Part shown: positions 35,382 to 48,300 of the stretch, in pieces
Layout: every line of letters begins with the position of its first letter
Position numbering within the stretch: position 1 is the stretch's first letter
Assembly: GCA_020184695.1 (NCBI GenBank)
Contig: JAANOX010000228.1
Location: 93,443 to 157,442 of the forward strand
Source: Histomonas meleagridis 2922-C6/04-290x
Lineage: Eukaryota; Protista; Parabasalia
Direction: 5' to 3'
Length of the DNA: 64,000 nt
The notes under the pieces: generated by a model
What the model was told of the DNA's origin: nothing
Databases searched by the model: none
The model's input: only the letters and a program-made list of their open reading frames with translations
Program-made: the position numbers and the translations under genes

Positions 35382-37250
35382 ATGAAACCACAAGTTCAAA
35401 ACTTTGTTATTGTTAAAAACAAAGATAAACCGCATGCTCCAAGTAAAAAAGCACTAATACCGAAAACTATGTCTTCTCTAAAGAATACAATTTCACGACT
35501 TCTTATCTTTTCAGAATCACATCCTCTCAGAGTAATTTATAACGAAAATGGGAAGCCAATCACATCAATTAACGAAGTAATTCCAGGAAGCACTATTTAT
35601 GCATCTTCTCAAGATCCTAAAGACGATTTTGTTTCAATTACACAAAAAGATTTATCATCAAGCAACACCGAAACTGATGATGAAGATGATTTGCATCAAC
35701 AACCTCAACATGAAGAAGAAAGTGAAAACGATCATCAAGATCAACCTATTCCAGAAGAAAAAAAATCAACTCAACCATCACAAAAAACTAGCCGAAATGA
35801 GTCCATACAATCATTTATTTCAGAAGGTAATGAGCTCCAAATCATCAAAAATCCAATACAAGATCAAGAAAATGAAACTCAAAGTCATGAAACAGGTTCA
35901 TCTCATGATGAAGTTGAGGACCAAAAAAATGAAGCTGAAGAAAATTACAAATTAGAGCAACAAAAAATTCATATTGAAAACATTCAAAACCTCGTTAAGA
36001 ACTTACCAGAGCCAATGAGGACCTCTGAGTCCATTCATAAAGCCATTGGCGAGAACTTTTCCCCTCTTGTTACTGAATTTGAATATTCATATCAATCTCT
36101 TCAAACTCAACAAGAAGCCAAACTTCTATCCAGCAAGCATATTCTAAACACAAAGATCCCACCGCATTCCGATGAGCTTGATCAAAAAGCGATTGACATC
36201 ATCAAATCTTCCACCTTTACCACTTCATTTGGTTGCTATTCCTCTCCGCGTATTGCAATTGTCGGTCCACCAGAAAGTGGGAAATCAGTTTTCCATCAAC
36301 TTTTATGCAACAAAATGGTATCATATTTAATTTCCACCGGCCAATATAAGACCACTTTTATCATGCGCTTTGACATATCTGAGCTCATCGATGTCATTCA
36401 GCAACCCATTTTATTGTATAAGCGATTTGTTCGAATGATCTTCGAACGCATCACATCGCAACGAATCATCTTCAAACCATTCTGCGAGACCCTTATACAG
36501 TATTTCCAACAACTTCCGACTGTCCAACATTTCCCAATTCTTCAAAAGAACTTCAGTTTATCTGAAGATTTCCGAAAAACATCACAACAACTCAAAACTG
36601 TTTCTGAGAATTTGTACAATTGCATCAAACAACATTTTCCATTATCCATATGGCTTACTAATGTGTTAATGTTACCTAAGTTAATATCTAATTCTTTTGG
36701 GTTTGAACGTGTTTTGTTTTTGATTGATCATTTCGATCTAAGTGATGTTGATATACCACCACAAGAACCATTTATAGGTAATTCATCAGCATATGTAACG
36801 TTATCTGATCATATGAAGTTTATGTTGAATTCTGAGAGTTTTATCATCGCGTGTAAGAATGAGGATAAGTTATTCGATGTGATTGAGGCTTCGACTTTCG
36901 ATGATATCGATTTGTTCGAAGGTACTGAGTTTGTATCTGTTGTCGATACTGAGTTAAATGGACATAGTGATGAGTTCGAATTCGATATATTCGTTGATGA
37001 GAATGATGAGCCATTGAGATTAAAGCTGAGCGATTGTGGCGGATGTCCAGCGTATTTGAGGAAATGGGACGAAATAATAAAAATAGCAAACGAAATTGTG
37101 TGGAATAGTAAAAATAAAGAGGAAAAATTGAGGTTGTTGACATGTATAAGGGAAATGGCTCCAATGCTAATTGTAAGAGTGGACCCACGAAATTTAACAT
37201 TGGAAAAAATTGGAAATATGATAAACGATGTAAAAATTATAAAAAATTAA
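35382..37250 (+). CDS. hypothetical protein with doublecortin-like N-terminus and a P-loop
   Basis: LRVIYNENGKPITSINEVIPGSTIYAS (DCX-like), an acidic linker and AIVGPPESGKS. Confidence 0.55.
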   Translation: MKPQVQNFVIVKNKDKPHAPSKKALIPKTMSSLKNTISRLLIFSESHPLRVIYNENGKPITSINEVIPGSTIYASSQDPKDDFVSITQKDLSSSNTETDDEDDLHQQPQHEEESENDHQDQPIPEEKKSTQPSQKTSRNESIQSFISEGNELQIIKNPIQDQENETQSHETGSSHDEVEDQKNEAEENYKLEQQKIHIENIQNLVKNLPEPMRTSESIHKAIGENFSPLVTEFEYSYQSLQTQQEAKLLSSKHILNTKIPPHSDELDQKAIDIIKSSTFTTSFGCYSSPRIAIVGPPESGKSVFHQLLCNKMVSYLISTGQYKTTFIMRFDISELIDVIQQPILLYKRFVRMIFERITSQRIIFKPFCETLIQYFQQLPTVQHFPILQKNFSLSEDFRKTSQQLKTVSENLYNCIKQHFPLSIWLTNVLMLPKLISNSFGFERVLFLIDHFDLSDVDIPPQEPFIGNSSAYVTLSDHMKFMLNSESFIIACKNEDKLFDVIEASTFDDIDLFEGTEFVSVVDTELNGHSDEFEFDIFVDENDEPLRLKLSDCGGCPAYLRKWDEIIKIANEIVWNSKNKEEKLRLLTCIREMAPMLIVRVDPRNLTLEKIGNMINDVKIIKN

Positions 37251-37925
37251 TAAAAAATTATTTTCTGTTATGTTTAAATTGTTCGAATTTGACGTATATT
37301 TTATGCCAATGATATATAATTTAAAGATTAAAGTTTAGTGTTGATATTCAGTATTAAAAGATATTAAAATTTTATGCCATCAAAGGATTTTTATTTTAAT
37401 CATATATTCGAACCTCACTATCTATTGCAATCCAAGCAGAAAATAATGAAATTGTGAATTAAATTATTAAATAAATGATAAAATATATATGGTAAATGTT
37501 TTGATATTGAATCCTTTATGAAATTTATATTACTGATTTTTTGTTTTAAATCAATTTTCAGAATTTACATAATATGTTTTGTGATAAATTTCATTATCTA
37601 GCACAAGGAAATAATTTTGGTCAAACATTAACATGGAATTGAGTAGTTTTTGTGAGATAAGGAAACAAAGTATTTCAAGGGTTCATTGTATTGGAGATAT
37701 CTCAGTAATAAAAAATATTATTGTCTTACAATATTATATTTATTTCATCAAAGTTTGTGAAATATCATAAAAACGTGCCAAATAATAAAAATATTTACGA
37801 ATAATTCTTGATACAGAATGTGAAAACGTTTTACAAATCATTTTCATCAATTTCACTTTCTCATTTATACGCATTTTATCAATAAATTAACTAAATAAAC
37901 TTTTTATTGATCACATGTACAGACA

Positions 37926-39685
37926 TCAAATCCATTGATCCTTTTCATCTTCAACATATTGAAGATATTCATTTGTATCATTTGCTTCAAATGTTCCTTC
38001 TTCGTTTCCTACATTTACATCCGAATTTTTACTGCTTTCGCTGCTTTTGCTGCTTTCGTTGTTATTCCTAAACAGAAAAACAACAATTCCGATAATAATA
38101 ACAACAATTACAATCGATCTGCAAATAATTCCAATTAATGCGCCTCTGCTGAGCTTCGTTTGATTGCTTTCGTTATTGTTCACAAGAGTATGGAAACTAA
38201 TTAATGTGGAATAGCCAATGTATGTCGTGTACAGAACATTGACATATTCATAGCCCACAAACTCCGACACAACATATGTGTAACCATTGCCAAACTGTGA
38301 AAGAATGAGCGTGCGCGAAACATATAATTCGTTGACTGATATTGTGTGCGCGTATGTGAATGAAAATGTTAATACGTTTGAATACGTGTAATTGTCGCGC
38401 AAATAATTCGTTCGCGCTTCTGTTTCTATATATGAATGTGTTTGCGTTATAATAAATGTTTCTGATATTGTGTTTGATGTTATAATTGTTAATGTTTCCG
38501 ATGTGATTAATGTTAATGATGAAAAAATGGAATTCGTTTCAATTAATGTGCATGTCTTTGATTCTGTGATTGATTCACTAAATATTCGTGTTATCGTTTC
38601 TGAGTTCGTTTTCGTTAATGTTTGTGTTAATGATCCTGTCGTAATTGGAATATATATTTGTGATGATGTTAACGAATTCGTGTATGTGCTAATATTTGAT
38701 ATTGTTGTTGTAGGTGAAAGTACCGATGTATAAGATAATACTGATCCATATGTAGAAGTTAGTGTGTATGTATGTGTGACTGTAGTAACATATGTTTCTG
38801 TAAGTGTCGTTCTTCCATTCACAAGCGTAGTTGTGTATACTAATGAAATGGTACTTGTTGGTGACAAAGTATTTGTTAGAATACTTGTATATGTAGTAGT
38901 CATAGTGTTCACAAATATATTTGTTATAGTATTTGTAAATGCTGATGTTTGAATTGTTGTGTATACTGATGTGTATGATAATGTTGATGTTTGGATGTCA
39001 ATATATGAATTAACATATGAATCAGTGTGTGAATTTGTTCGTGCCATAGAAGGTGATGATGTAATAGATTTCGTCATCGTGTAAATGAATGTCGATGTTG
39101 TCGTGTTAAAATATAGAAATGAATTCGTGTTAGTTTCAATGCTTTCTTTAATATTAATATAACTTTGAACATTCGTAACAGATAATGTAAATGATGATGT
39201 AGATGTAATTTCTTTCGCTTGCATGAATTTATTTTTTTATTTTCAGACAAACATGTTGGTGAACGTGAAAACATGTTTAAGTTATTTAGGAACTGATGAC
39301 TTAGTTGACTGCAGTTGCTAAAACATTTGTGGCCATAAATTACGAATTTGGAATTTATAACAACATTAATTAAAGACGGACATGATGAAAATGAATAACC
39401 TCCAATTGACTTGATATTTTCATCAATAATAACACGAGTTAAATTCGAACAAAATGAAAACGCATAATCACCAATTGAATTTACATGTGAAATATTGACT
39501 TCTACAAGTGAATCCCAGTATGAAAATTCATTGTCGTTAATTTTTTTAACATTTCGTGAAATATGGAGATATTTTGTGAATCTTTTGAATTTTGATAAAT
39601 CTTTGTATTCTTTAGTTAGATGAAGAGTTTCATCAGCCTCACTCAATGTTGTTTGGTGGGAAAATAATGCAAGTATGAAGAACAT
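37926..39685 (-). pseudogene. BspA-like surface protein copy C (frameshift in A-run at ~39235)
   Basis: LRR head near-identical to copy A (39472-38418 vs 1-1053). The TM and tail are different (GALIGIICRSIVIVVIIIGIVVFLF..EKDQWI). Two extra A relative to copy A break the frame. Confidence 0.8.
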
Positions 39686-40600
39686 GATCCAGAAATTGAT
39701 TTTTATGAGGAAGAAAGAGCTTTCTTTCTCGCTAAAAACGATATGGGGTTCAAAATTCAAAAAACCGTTTTATCAAATTGAATATTGTTGCGTTCGCTCA
39801 AAAAACCGCTACGATACGAATTCTGCGTCGGTTCTGTAAAAAATTAGTCAATAATTTCTCTTGAGCAAAATTCTTAGTATATTTTAAAATAGCTTTATGT
39901 ATTTCAGCCTTTCCACGAAAATTTATGTTATTAATCTTGGGCAGATCTCTGCATAGACAAAGGGTCATAAAAAATTTCAATATAGAAATCCCACTGAAAT
40001 TATACCGTAGATAGAGGAATAGACCTACCTATATATCGTAAACAAATTGCTTTGGGATTCCTCTGTCCGTTTTGGAGAAAAAGTAAATTTTATGAAAAAT
40101 GTAGCTCTCGTGATTGTTAAAAGTTTTTAGAAAAATGATACAATTTTTATAAAGGAGTTAATTTTAGCAAATCTTGCTATATCCTATTGATAATGAGATA
40201 AACATTCCTTTATTTTAAAGTAATAAATAAAAATATTCAATACTCTAGTTTTTTATTAAAACATATTATTTATGATCTAGAAAATTATTTGTTTATAAAT
40301 GGAAATCAATTAATTTATCATTTTCGACAAACACAACAGGTAAGATTTTCAGTATAATGAGTATTGACAAGTTATTTCAATAGAATCAGGTAAATAATAT
40401 AATATTTTACCAAGTGGATAAGTTATGATTTTTGATATATTTTTATTACAAACAATCCCATTATTATAGATTTTGATTATAATGATGAATATAAATTTAT
40501 TTAAGAGAAACACAGTTATCAAAAGCATCAGGAAGTAACACTTGAACTGTTTTTGGTATTTAGGTAAATTCAATTTGAATTAATTTAATAAATTTAAAGC

Positions 40601-42607
40601 ATGGTTATAAGCAAGATTAGGAATGTATCGTTCAAATGGACTGCCCCCAAAACAATAATGTCTTCTTTTTTTACTTTAACAAATCTAGATTACATATATG
40701 AAAGATCAAAAAAATTCAGATTCAGCAGTTGCGCATTATACGGTGATTATGCAGCTTTTGGTAATTCAGCTGGATCAATACATATTTTTTCTCTTTCTCA
40801 GAAATCTCCTCCAATTATCATATCAATTTCATCTCTTATTAATAGCGTAGAACTCCTCTCATTTAGTCCATCAGGAAAATGGCTTGTTATGGGAGATTCA
40901 AAAGAACTTCATTTCATAGAAGATCCAACAGGAACAGCTTCTTTATTTTTCTCGATTGATTTTAAAGGAGGGAAACCCACAGCTGTTGTATGGACATCGG
41001 AACCACCTGGGAAATTAATCAGAACACCATTTCTTATTGCAGGCGATAGTAATGGCCAAATTTGGCAAATCAAACATCAAAGCTCCGATTTAATTGCCTC
41101 ACTTCCAGGTTCAATTATTCAACTATCAATGATCAATGATAACATCTTAGCAGCGACAAGCAATGGCACATTTATTATTCAAGAAAACACAATAACCACA
41201 GTTGGCCACCGTTCACCTGTTGGTGAATTTGGGGCTATATATGCAGATTGTTATAATGCAATATGTCTAGCAAGACCTGGAGGAAAGCTTTCATTTGCGA
41301 CCACTGAAGGTAGAGTCAAAGCTTCCCTTCCTTTTGCACCATCAGAGCCACTGAAAGGAGCTACAAATGAATATTCGCATTTGATGTTTTGCCAACCGTT
41401 TCTCATTTCATCGTGGAAAAAAACCGTTTGTTACATTGTCAATTTAACATCTGCGTCACTTATTCATTGTACCACTGATTTTTCTGATCTTATTGATTGT
41501 TCTAATGATCAAACACGAATATTATTTTTATGCAAACAGAAAATTGTCTTATTTAAAGTTTGTGCAACTGACATTGAATATATTTCATGTTTAATATCAT
41601 TAGATACTAAAGAATCGTTAACAAAAGCACGAGAACTTACAATACAACTTGAAATTACAGACGAAGATATATTAGAGAAACTTAAAGGTGTTGAAACGCC
41701 ATCATTTGATGATTATCTCGAAAAAGTTAAAATGAAAGATCAACCGAAACCAATAGAACAAGCTAATGCAACATTATATCAAAAGTTAATTGAAGAAGAT
41801 ATACCAACAGAAAAAACAATGAACGAAGTTAATGAATTACGTTCATTTCTAATTATCGATGATTTTCTTCTTGAGAAAATCGAGAAATATGTTTTGTCGA
41901 ATCCAAAAGATTATGAAAAATGGATAAATGAACTTAATGTCGATAAAATTGTTCCGATTCTTCATCAAAAAGAAGAAACAGCACAATATGCAATATCGAT
42001 TTCTAAATATGGGAAATCTGATTTGTGTAAGCTATTACAAAGTATAGATACACTTCCACTTGATTTTTGCGTTGCTAATTCTCCTCCTCTTTATCCATAT
42101 GATTTTGTTGGGAAACGAAGACTCGAATTTGAGGCCAAGCTTCGTGAATATGATATTTTTGCATCTGATGATAATGAAAAACAAAAAGAAGATGAAGAAA
42201 TATTACATGAATCGTTTTATGCTGAATGCATTGAGAAAATCGATGAGAATAATATTAACGAAGAAAAAACATTTTATTTGTTGAAGTTATATAATTGGGA
42301 AAAACAAATAAATGAAACAATCGAAGAATTAAGATCAACAGTTAATATGTTCTTATTAACAAAAGATATTAAAGGAATCCCCGAATGGGTAAAAGTGTTG
42401 TTGGATAATGGTAAAAGAATAGAAAAAGATGGAAACGGTAATTGGGGAATCCCAGTGAAGTTATCTGTTTGTCCGATCTGTGGAATGAGTCATAATCTCG
42501 GAGAATCGGTGTGCAGTGTTGCCGTCTTCCCTTGTAATCATATTTGCCATGTCTCTTGTTTGCACACAAGATGTTGCCCAATTTGTTATTCTAATTCTTT
42601 GAACTAA
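40601..42607 (+). CDS. beta-propeller + C-terminal RING-like protein (Vps41/Vps8/HPS5-like architecture)
   Basis: WD-like N-terminus (AAFGNSAGSIHIF, LSFSPSGKWLVMGD) and CPIC..CNHICHVSCL..CPIC. Confidence 0.6.
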   Translation: MVISKIRNVSFKWTAPKTIMSSFFTLTNLDYIYERSKKFRFSSCALYGDYAAFGNSAGSIHIFSLSQKSPPIIISISSLINSVELLSFSPSGKWLVMGDSKELHFIEDPTGTASLFFSIDFKGGKPTAVVWTSEPPGKLIRTPFLIAGDSNGQIWQIKHQSSDLIASLPGSIIQLSMINDNILAATSNGTFIIQENTITTVGHRSPVGEFGAIYADCYNAICLARPGGKLSFATTEGRVKASLPFAPSEPLKGATNEYSHLMFCQPFLISSWKKTVCYIVNLTSASLIHCTTDFSDLIDCSNDQTRILFLCKQKIVLFKVCATDIEYISCLISLDTKESLTKARELTIQLEITDEDILEKLKGVETPSFDDYLEKVKMKDQPKPIEQANATLYQKLIEEDIPTEKTMNEVNELRSFLIIDDFLLEKIEKYVLSNPKDYEKWINELNVDKIVPILHQKEETAQYAISISKYGKSDLCKLLQSIDTLPLDFCVANSPPLYPYDFVGKRRLEFEAKLREYDIFASDDNEKQKEDEEILHESFYAECIEKIDENNINEEKTFYLLKLYNWEKQINETIEELRSTVNMFLLTKDIKGIPEWVKVLLDNGKRIEKDGNGNWGIPVKLSVCPICGMSHNLGESVCSVAVFPCNHICHVSCLHTRCCPICYSNSLN

Positions 42608-42741
42608 TTATAAAGTTATAAACGAAATTATATTTTTTTTTGAAGTGTTTTAATGCGCATTGGAATTTGAATGCAATTTGATCGTATGCTTTGAAAAGTG
42701 AAATACGATAAAAACACTAAATTTAAAATTGATTTCCTAAA

Positions 42742-43674
42742 ATGGATGGAATTGAAGATCCGATAAACCCAGACCCAATTTTGTCACAAGAACAAATAGA
42801 AGATTTTAGTGATATACAAATTCCAGCTGATTCAGAATGGAATAGATGTTGTGCCATTTGTGGTACTTTTGAACATTCCAAAAGAAAGTTTTGTTGTTAT
42901 TGGGAGATAAGTCCAATAATGCCCATTTTTGTTACTGTTATTATGGCATTTACATATATAATATTTCTTGTACAAGTTGTCCCATACCTTGCAAACAACA
43001 CATTAAAAATAGTCTCAGTAATTCAGGTTTCAATTGGAGTTATTTTCTTTTATTGGTCATACTTTAGCGCAGTTTGTTCAGATCCCGGTTATCTTCCATT
43101 CAATTGGGTCAAAACTAAAAAAACGAAGTATTCGTGGGACGAACTTATGGCGGGCACAGCTTTAACGTCGGAACAACTTGATTACGTTAATTCTGTTAAA
43201 CGTCCTCCGGGGTGCTCCTTTTCCAAAAGCACCGGCCGATACGTCATTCGCGCCGATCATATTTGTGGGTGGATCGCAAATTGGGTTGGGAAAAGGAATC
43301 ATAAGCAATTCATTTTGATGTGCATTTGGGGATTTTATTCAGCTACATCTCTCTTTGTTTGGTCCTTTTTCAAGAAGACGAAATCATCGGGATTTTTATA
43401 TATTTTGGAATTGTTTACTATAATCATTGAAGGAATTTTTGCTTTCTCACTTTTATGTACTGCACCTTCTTTCATAGTCGAAATAACAACACCACAAACA
43501 AGAATACAGAAATATAAAGGTGAAGAAGCTCAAGAAAAATCGAAAATTGACGCAATGAGAGAAGTTTGTGGAAATCAACTAATGATTTGTTGGTTAATCC
43601 CATTCCATGCATTTCCTGACGAGTTGGAATTGCTTGATGATCTTAATCAGGAAAATAATCGGATGGTCATGTGA
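42742..43674 (+). CDS. DHHC-family palmitoyltransferase-like protein (DHIC variant)
   Basis: DPG and RADHICGWIANWVGKRNHKQF, with four TM segments. Confidence 0.82.
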   Translation: MDGIEDPINPDPILSQEQIEDFSDIQIPADSEWNRCCAICGTFEHSKRKFCCYWEISPIMPIFVTVIMAFTYIIFLVQVVPYLANNTLKIVSVIQVSIGVIFFYWSYFSAVCSDPGYLPFNWVKTKKTKYSWDELMAGTALTSEQLDYVNSVKRPPGCSFSKSTGRYVIRADHICGWIANWVGKRNHKQFILMCIWGFYSATSLFVWSFFKKTKSSGFLYILELFTIIIEGIFAFSLLCTAPSFIVEITTPQTRIQKYKGEEAQEKSKIDAMREVCGNQLMICWLIPFHAFPDELELLDDLNQENNRMVM

Positions 43675-43789
43675 TTTGTTTTAAATAAATATAAATCAAT
43701 TACAATCTATTCTTTGAAACAATGGAATTTTGGCATTAAAGTAATTTTTTCAGGATTCTAAATTTAATCTGTTTTGAGTTTCAGTGAAT

Positions 43790-44055
43790 TTTAATAATTT
43801 TATATTTCAAAATAATATTTGGAAATTATTTAAATTATTTGCTGCAGTACTTATTTTAGCATCTAAAAATAACAAAATAGGAATAGTTAAGTTACTTCTT
43901 AAACAAGAAGGAATTGATATTAATGTTTAATATTTATTTTAATAATTTATTATTTCAAAATAATATTTGGAATTTTTTAAATTATTTAGAACAGCACTTA
44001 TTTATCTGATTATGGTAATATAGAAATAGTTAAATTACTTCTTGAACTCAATTGA
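43790..44055 (+). pseudogene. ankyrin-repeat locus ANK-3 with two conserved spacers
   Basis: spacer / AAVLILASKNNKIGIVKLLLKQEGIDINV / spacer 43931-43987 / RTALIY..YGNIEIVKLLLE. Confidence 0.7.
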
Positions 44056-44240
44056 GTTTTTTGTTTGAAAATTCTTTAATTCATTATTTATAGTATACTG
44101 ATAGCTTATACCAGTCTTTAAGCATTAAATATCTTTAGTACTTCGATAGCAAAAATGATTTTTATAAACGAACACAAATTAATCTTTAAAACAGATTTAA
44201 TTTTAGTATAAAGAGAATTTTATTTCCAAAATTACTTAGC

Positions 44241-44837
44241 TTATGCATATGAAAAGATAGGACTATACCAATGGACTTCTTGTTGGCTATTGAAGAGAGG
44301 GTCAAGATTTGAATCGATTTCGATATCGTCTCTTTCGAAATCTTTCTGAATTGGACATTGTTCAAAAATAAGTGTCATGTACACTGCATCTGGGCGAGGC
44401 GTAGTGAACGTGTAATACTCTTGTAAGACAGCACTAATGTTAAATGCGGCTTTTTTGTATAAAGATATTGCTGGGATATTAGTTCTTTCTGTATGTAACG
44501 CAATTTTATCGCACTGGTAATAATGCTGAATTATGTAACATGATGCTTTAAGAAGAAAAAAACCTATTCCTTTTTTTCTATATTCTTCGGAAATTCCAAA
44601 AGTTGAAATGTAAGCATTTCTGGTCTTTGAAAAGTATGAGTTCCAAGCCCTTCTTATAATTGATACTCCAATAAGCTTTTCATTCTCAACATCGAAAATA
44701 CCTAAATCTAAGTAATTATTTAGAAAGGCTTCTTGATAAAAGTTATCGCTGTATTTGATTGGAAACAAATTGTCTTGAAGCTCCTTTACTTTATCTTTAT
44801 CACTAGAACTCAGTTGCCTGAGCAGGTATTTCATCAA
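44241..44837 (-). CDS. GNAT N-acetyltransferase (NAA50/NAA60-like)
   Basis: LQDNLFPIKYSDNFY, YISTFGISEEYRKKGIG and LHTERTNIPAISLYKK..EYY. Confidence 0.85.
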   Translation of the reverse strand: MMKYLLRQLSSSDKDKVKELQDNLFPIKYSDNFYQEAFLNNYLDLGIFDVENEKLIGVSIIRRAWNSYFSKTRNAYISTFGISEEYRKKGIGFFLLKASCYIIQHYYQCDKIALHTERTNIPAISLYKKAAFNISAVLQEYYTFTTPRPDAVYMTLIFEQCPIQKDFERDDIEIDSNLDPLFNSQQEVHWYSPIFSYA

Positions 44838-45363
44838 GGAATCGGTTTAATAAACTATTCAATTCAATTGGCTTTTTTTTCCAATTCCAAAATTACTGAC
44901 CAATTTCGTAATCAAATGATTTTATTGTTTTAAAAATAATAGATTTTATGAAAAAGATCAGTGAGAGCGACGGGACATTTCACAAAAACACGTATTAATT
45001 GCATAATTCTATTGCTTTCTTCTTGTTTACGCAGTGATTCAAAAATTGAATGAAAAACAATCGTTTGCTAGTCAATTTCCCTATCATCATTCAGACAGAA
45101 TTGTGCTATTACAAGAAATTTCTGAGTTTAAACTCAGAAAAACTTAACAAAACACACATCGCTTTCAAATTTTGTTTGCTTTTTCGAGGTCTGATTACAC
45201 AAAATGCGCTTTTATATCAATTTTCTGAGCTTATCTGGCTGCAGCCTTTTTCTTGTACCTGTAACACACAAAAATTAACTTATACCGTATTATGTTTACA
45301 TTCTTTTTGTTTTTATTAAAAATTCTTTCTGAAAAAAGCAGTTATTCGATAATATACATTTAT

Positions 45364-48300
45364 TTACAAATCTGGGTTCAGTGCGAGTGGGCTATTGCTT
45401 GGCTTCGGCGTTTGTCCTCCGTAGTTACTTTGGATAATTTTTTCCAACGGCGTATACACGTTTTTGAAGTAATTTTCCCATTTCGGCACCATCTGCGGCT
45501 TCAGTTGACTTTCATAGTTATCGATTAGCTCTGAGATCTGATGCAAATGTCCCCAATACGACGCCATTATTTGGTTCTTCATGTCCATTACGTTCAAAAT
45601 CCTTTCTCCCAAATTACTTTTCTCCATTACATCTGAAAACAAATCTGTGTACTGATAAATCGTATTAATGATTTCAAGTGTTGAATTATGAAGAAACGAC
45701 AAAAAAGGCTTTTCGAAGAACAAATCGATCATGAAGACGACAGTATTAATTATTGGAGCAGTATCTATAAATTCACCGATTTCTTCTTCTTCTTCATTTT
45801 TATTCATTTCTTCTTCTTCTAAATGATTATTATTGTTATTATTATTAGTTATTTGTAATGAATTATCTGATTCATCAGGTACTTCGGCAATGGAAAAACA
45901 TAAATTATTTGTGTTACAATTCGAAGAATCAAATAATTCACTTGAATGTGTATGTGATATTATTTCTTCGCTATGTTCATCAGCGTTTTTATTGTTCAAG
46001 TCAAAGTTATGGAATGACGAAGGATACAAATCATCTTTTAATGAACGAGTGATTTGATTCTTAGGTATCATTGATACTAATGAATATGAACGACGTTTCG
46101 CGAAACCATTTTGTGTAATGAATTTCGATTTAGGAAATTTCTCAACTGGCGATTGATTTAATGTTTGATAATCATATGAATCATATTCTTCATCATGATC
46201 ATCTTCATATAAGTCATCAAATAAGTCATTCTGCGATGTACTAATATCACTTTTATCACTAAAAAAATTCGACTGATTCTTCGCTAATAAAATCGCCATA
46301 GGATTATCACAAAGTGTTAATAACTTAGATGTACTATTAGATGATCCATCGTGAACTGTCGTTGGTTTACGCTGTTCAATTTGTGCTTTATTTTTTACGA
46401 TCGCAGTCGATAATCGTTTAGTATTCGCTGGTTTTGGTATCGATGGAAAACTTACATTATTATTGTTGTTCCGTTTCGTGTTTTTCGCAATGCTGTTAAA
46501 AAACGTAGTCGTCGTCTGCGCAATAGATGCAGGAGGCGTAAATGAAAATCGTGTTCGTGTTATTGGCTTCTTAATCACTGGCTCCGAAAAATCGTCGTCT
46601 TCTTCTTCAAATGGCGTCGAACTATCGAAGTTGTTATGATGGAATATTGGAAATCGTTCATCGAATTCTACATTATCATCTGAATCAGTTTCATTCTGCG
46701 AATTATATAAATCTTTTTCTACTTGCGTTTGCGAATCTGAGGATGTGCCTGCGGGTTTGATCTGCTCGAGAAGTGGATTTGTTTTATGATCAGAGGCGTC
46801 TGATATTGTCTCGGATTTAAATTTGGATTTATATGTTTTCGGTTCTTCAACAAGGTCAAAGGAATCAAAGGACTTCTGCGCCTCGATTTTGGATATTGTC
46901 TTAAGTGGCGTTGCGTCTTCATGTTCGCTGTTTATGTCGAATGAATCATTGGAATGTTGGTGATCATCTGAGTGATTTACTTCTTTGGTTTGGGTTTCTG
47001 TTTCATTTTGTTTGTTTTCGTTTTTTGGGTTTTCTGTTTCTGTTTTTATTTCTATTTCTTTGTGCGAATTTGGTGAATCTGTTTCTTCTTCTTCAATGAT
47101 TTCAAATGTTTCGTCTATTTTCTGTTGTTTGTCTGTTTCCTTTTGCGATGTTTCGTTTATTGGTTCTGGTTCTTCTTCAATGATATCAAACGTTTCTTCT
47201 ATTTTCTGTTGTTCATCTGTTTCATTTGTTTTCTTTATTATATCAAAACCTTCTTCTGTTTCTGCTTGAGGTGTTTCGCCTATTGGCTCTGGCTCTTCCT
47301 TGATGATATCAAACGTTTCTTCCAATTTCTGTTTGCTATCTGTTTTATCTGTTTCCTCTTTGATTATATCGAACGTCTCTTCTGGTTTCTGCTCTTCTTT
47401 TGTTTCATTTTTTGTTTCTGGTTCTTCTTCAATGATATCAAATGTTTCTTCTAATTTCTGTTTGTTATCTGTTTCCTTTTTGATTATATCGAATGTTTCT
47501 TCTGGTTTCTGTTCTTTCTTTGTTTCGTTTATTGGTTCTGTTTCCTCTTCAATTACATCAAATGTTTCTTCTAATTTCTGTTGTTTGTCTGTTTCCTTTT
47601 GCGATGTTTCATTTATTGGTTCTGGTTCTTCTTCAATTACATCAAATGTTTCTTCCAATTTCTGTTTGTTATCTGTTTCCTTTTTGATTATATCGAATGT
47701 TTCTTCTGGTTTCTGTTCTTTCTTTGTTTCGTTTATTGGCTCTGTTTCCTCTTCAATGACATCAAATGTCTCTTCCTGTTTCTGTTGTTTGTCTGTTTCT
47801 GTTTCTTCTTTTATTACATAGAGTGTTTCATTTGTTTCTTTTTTCTGTATTTCATTTTCTTTTTCTTTTTCTTCTGATTTCGTTTGTTTGTCTATTTCTT
47901 TTAGTTTGTTTTTATTTTTCACGTTATTTTCTATTTCTGTTTCCTCCTCAATTACATCGAATGTTTCTTCGTTTTCATTTTTCTCCTCTTCGATTATATC
48001 GAACATATTTTTCTGATCTTTTTCCTCATTTTTATTACCATTTTCTTTTAATGGTCCCAAATTATAGAAATCGATTGAATCACATAAAATGTTATTTCTC
48101 AAATTGTTCGTATTTTTGTCTTCTTCTTCTTCTTCAGAATTTTCACTCGAATCGTCCGGCGAAAATACGTTATGAATTATCGAGCATAACAATGAGCACG
48201 CGGCTTGTTTACCAGAATCGAAATCTTTCGACGACATTAAATATTCAGCAATTCGATTCGAGTTATTATTTATCAGTTTTATCGCAACTTTGTCAAATCC

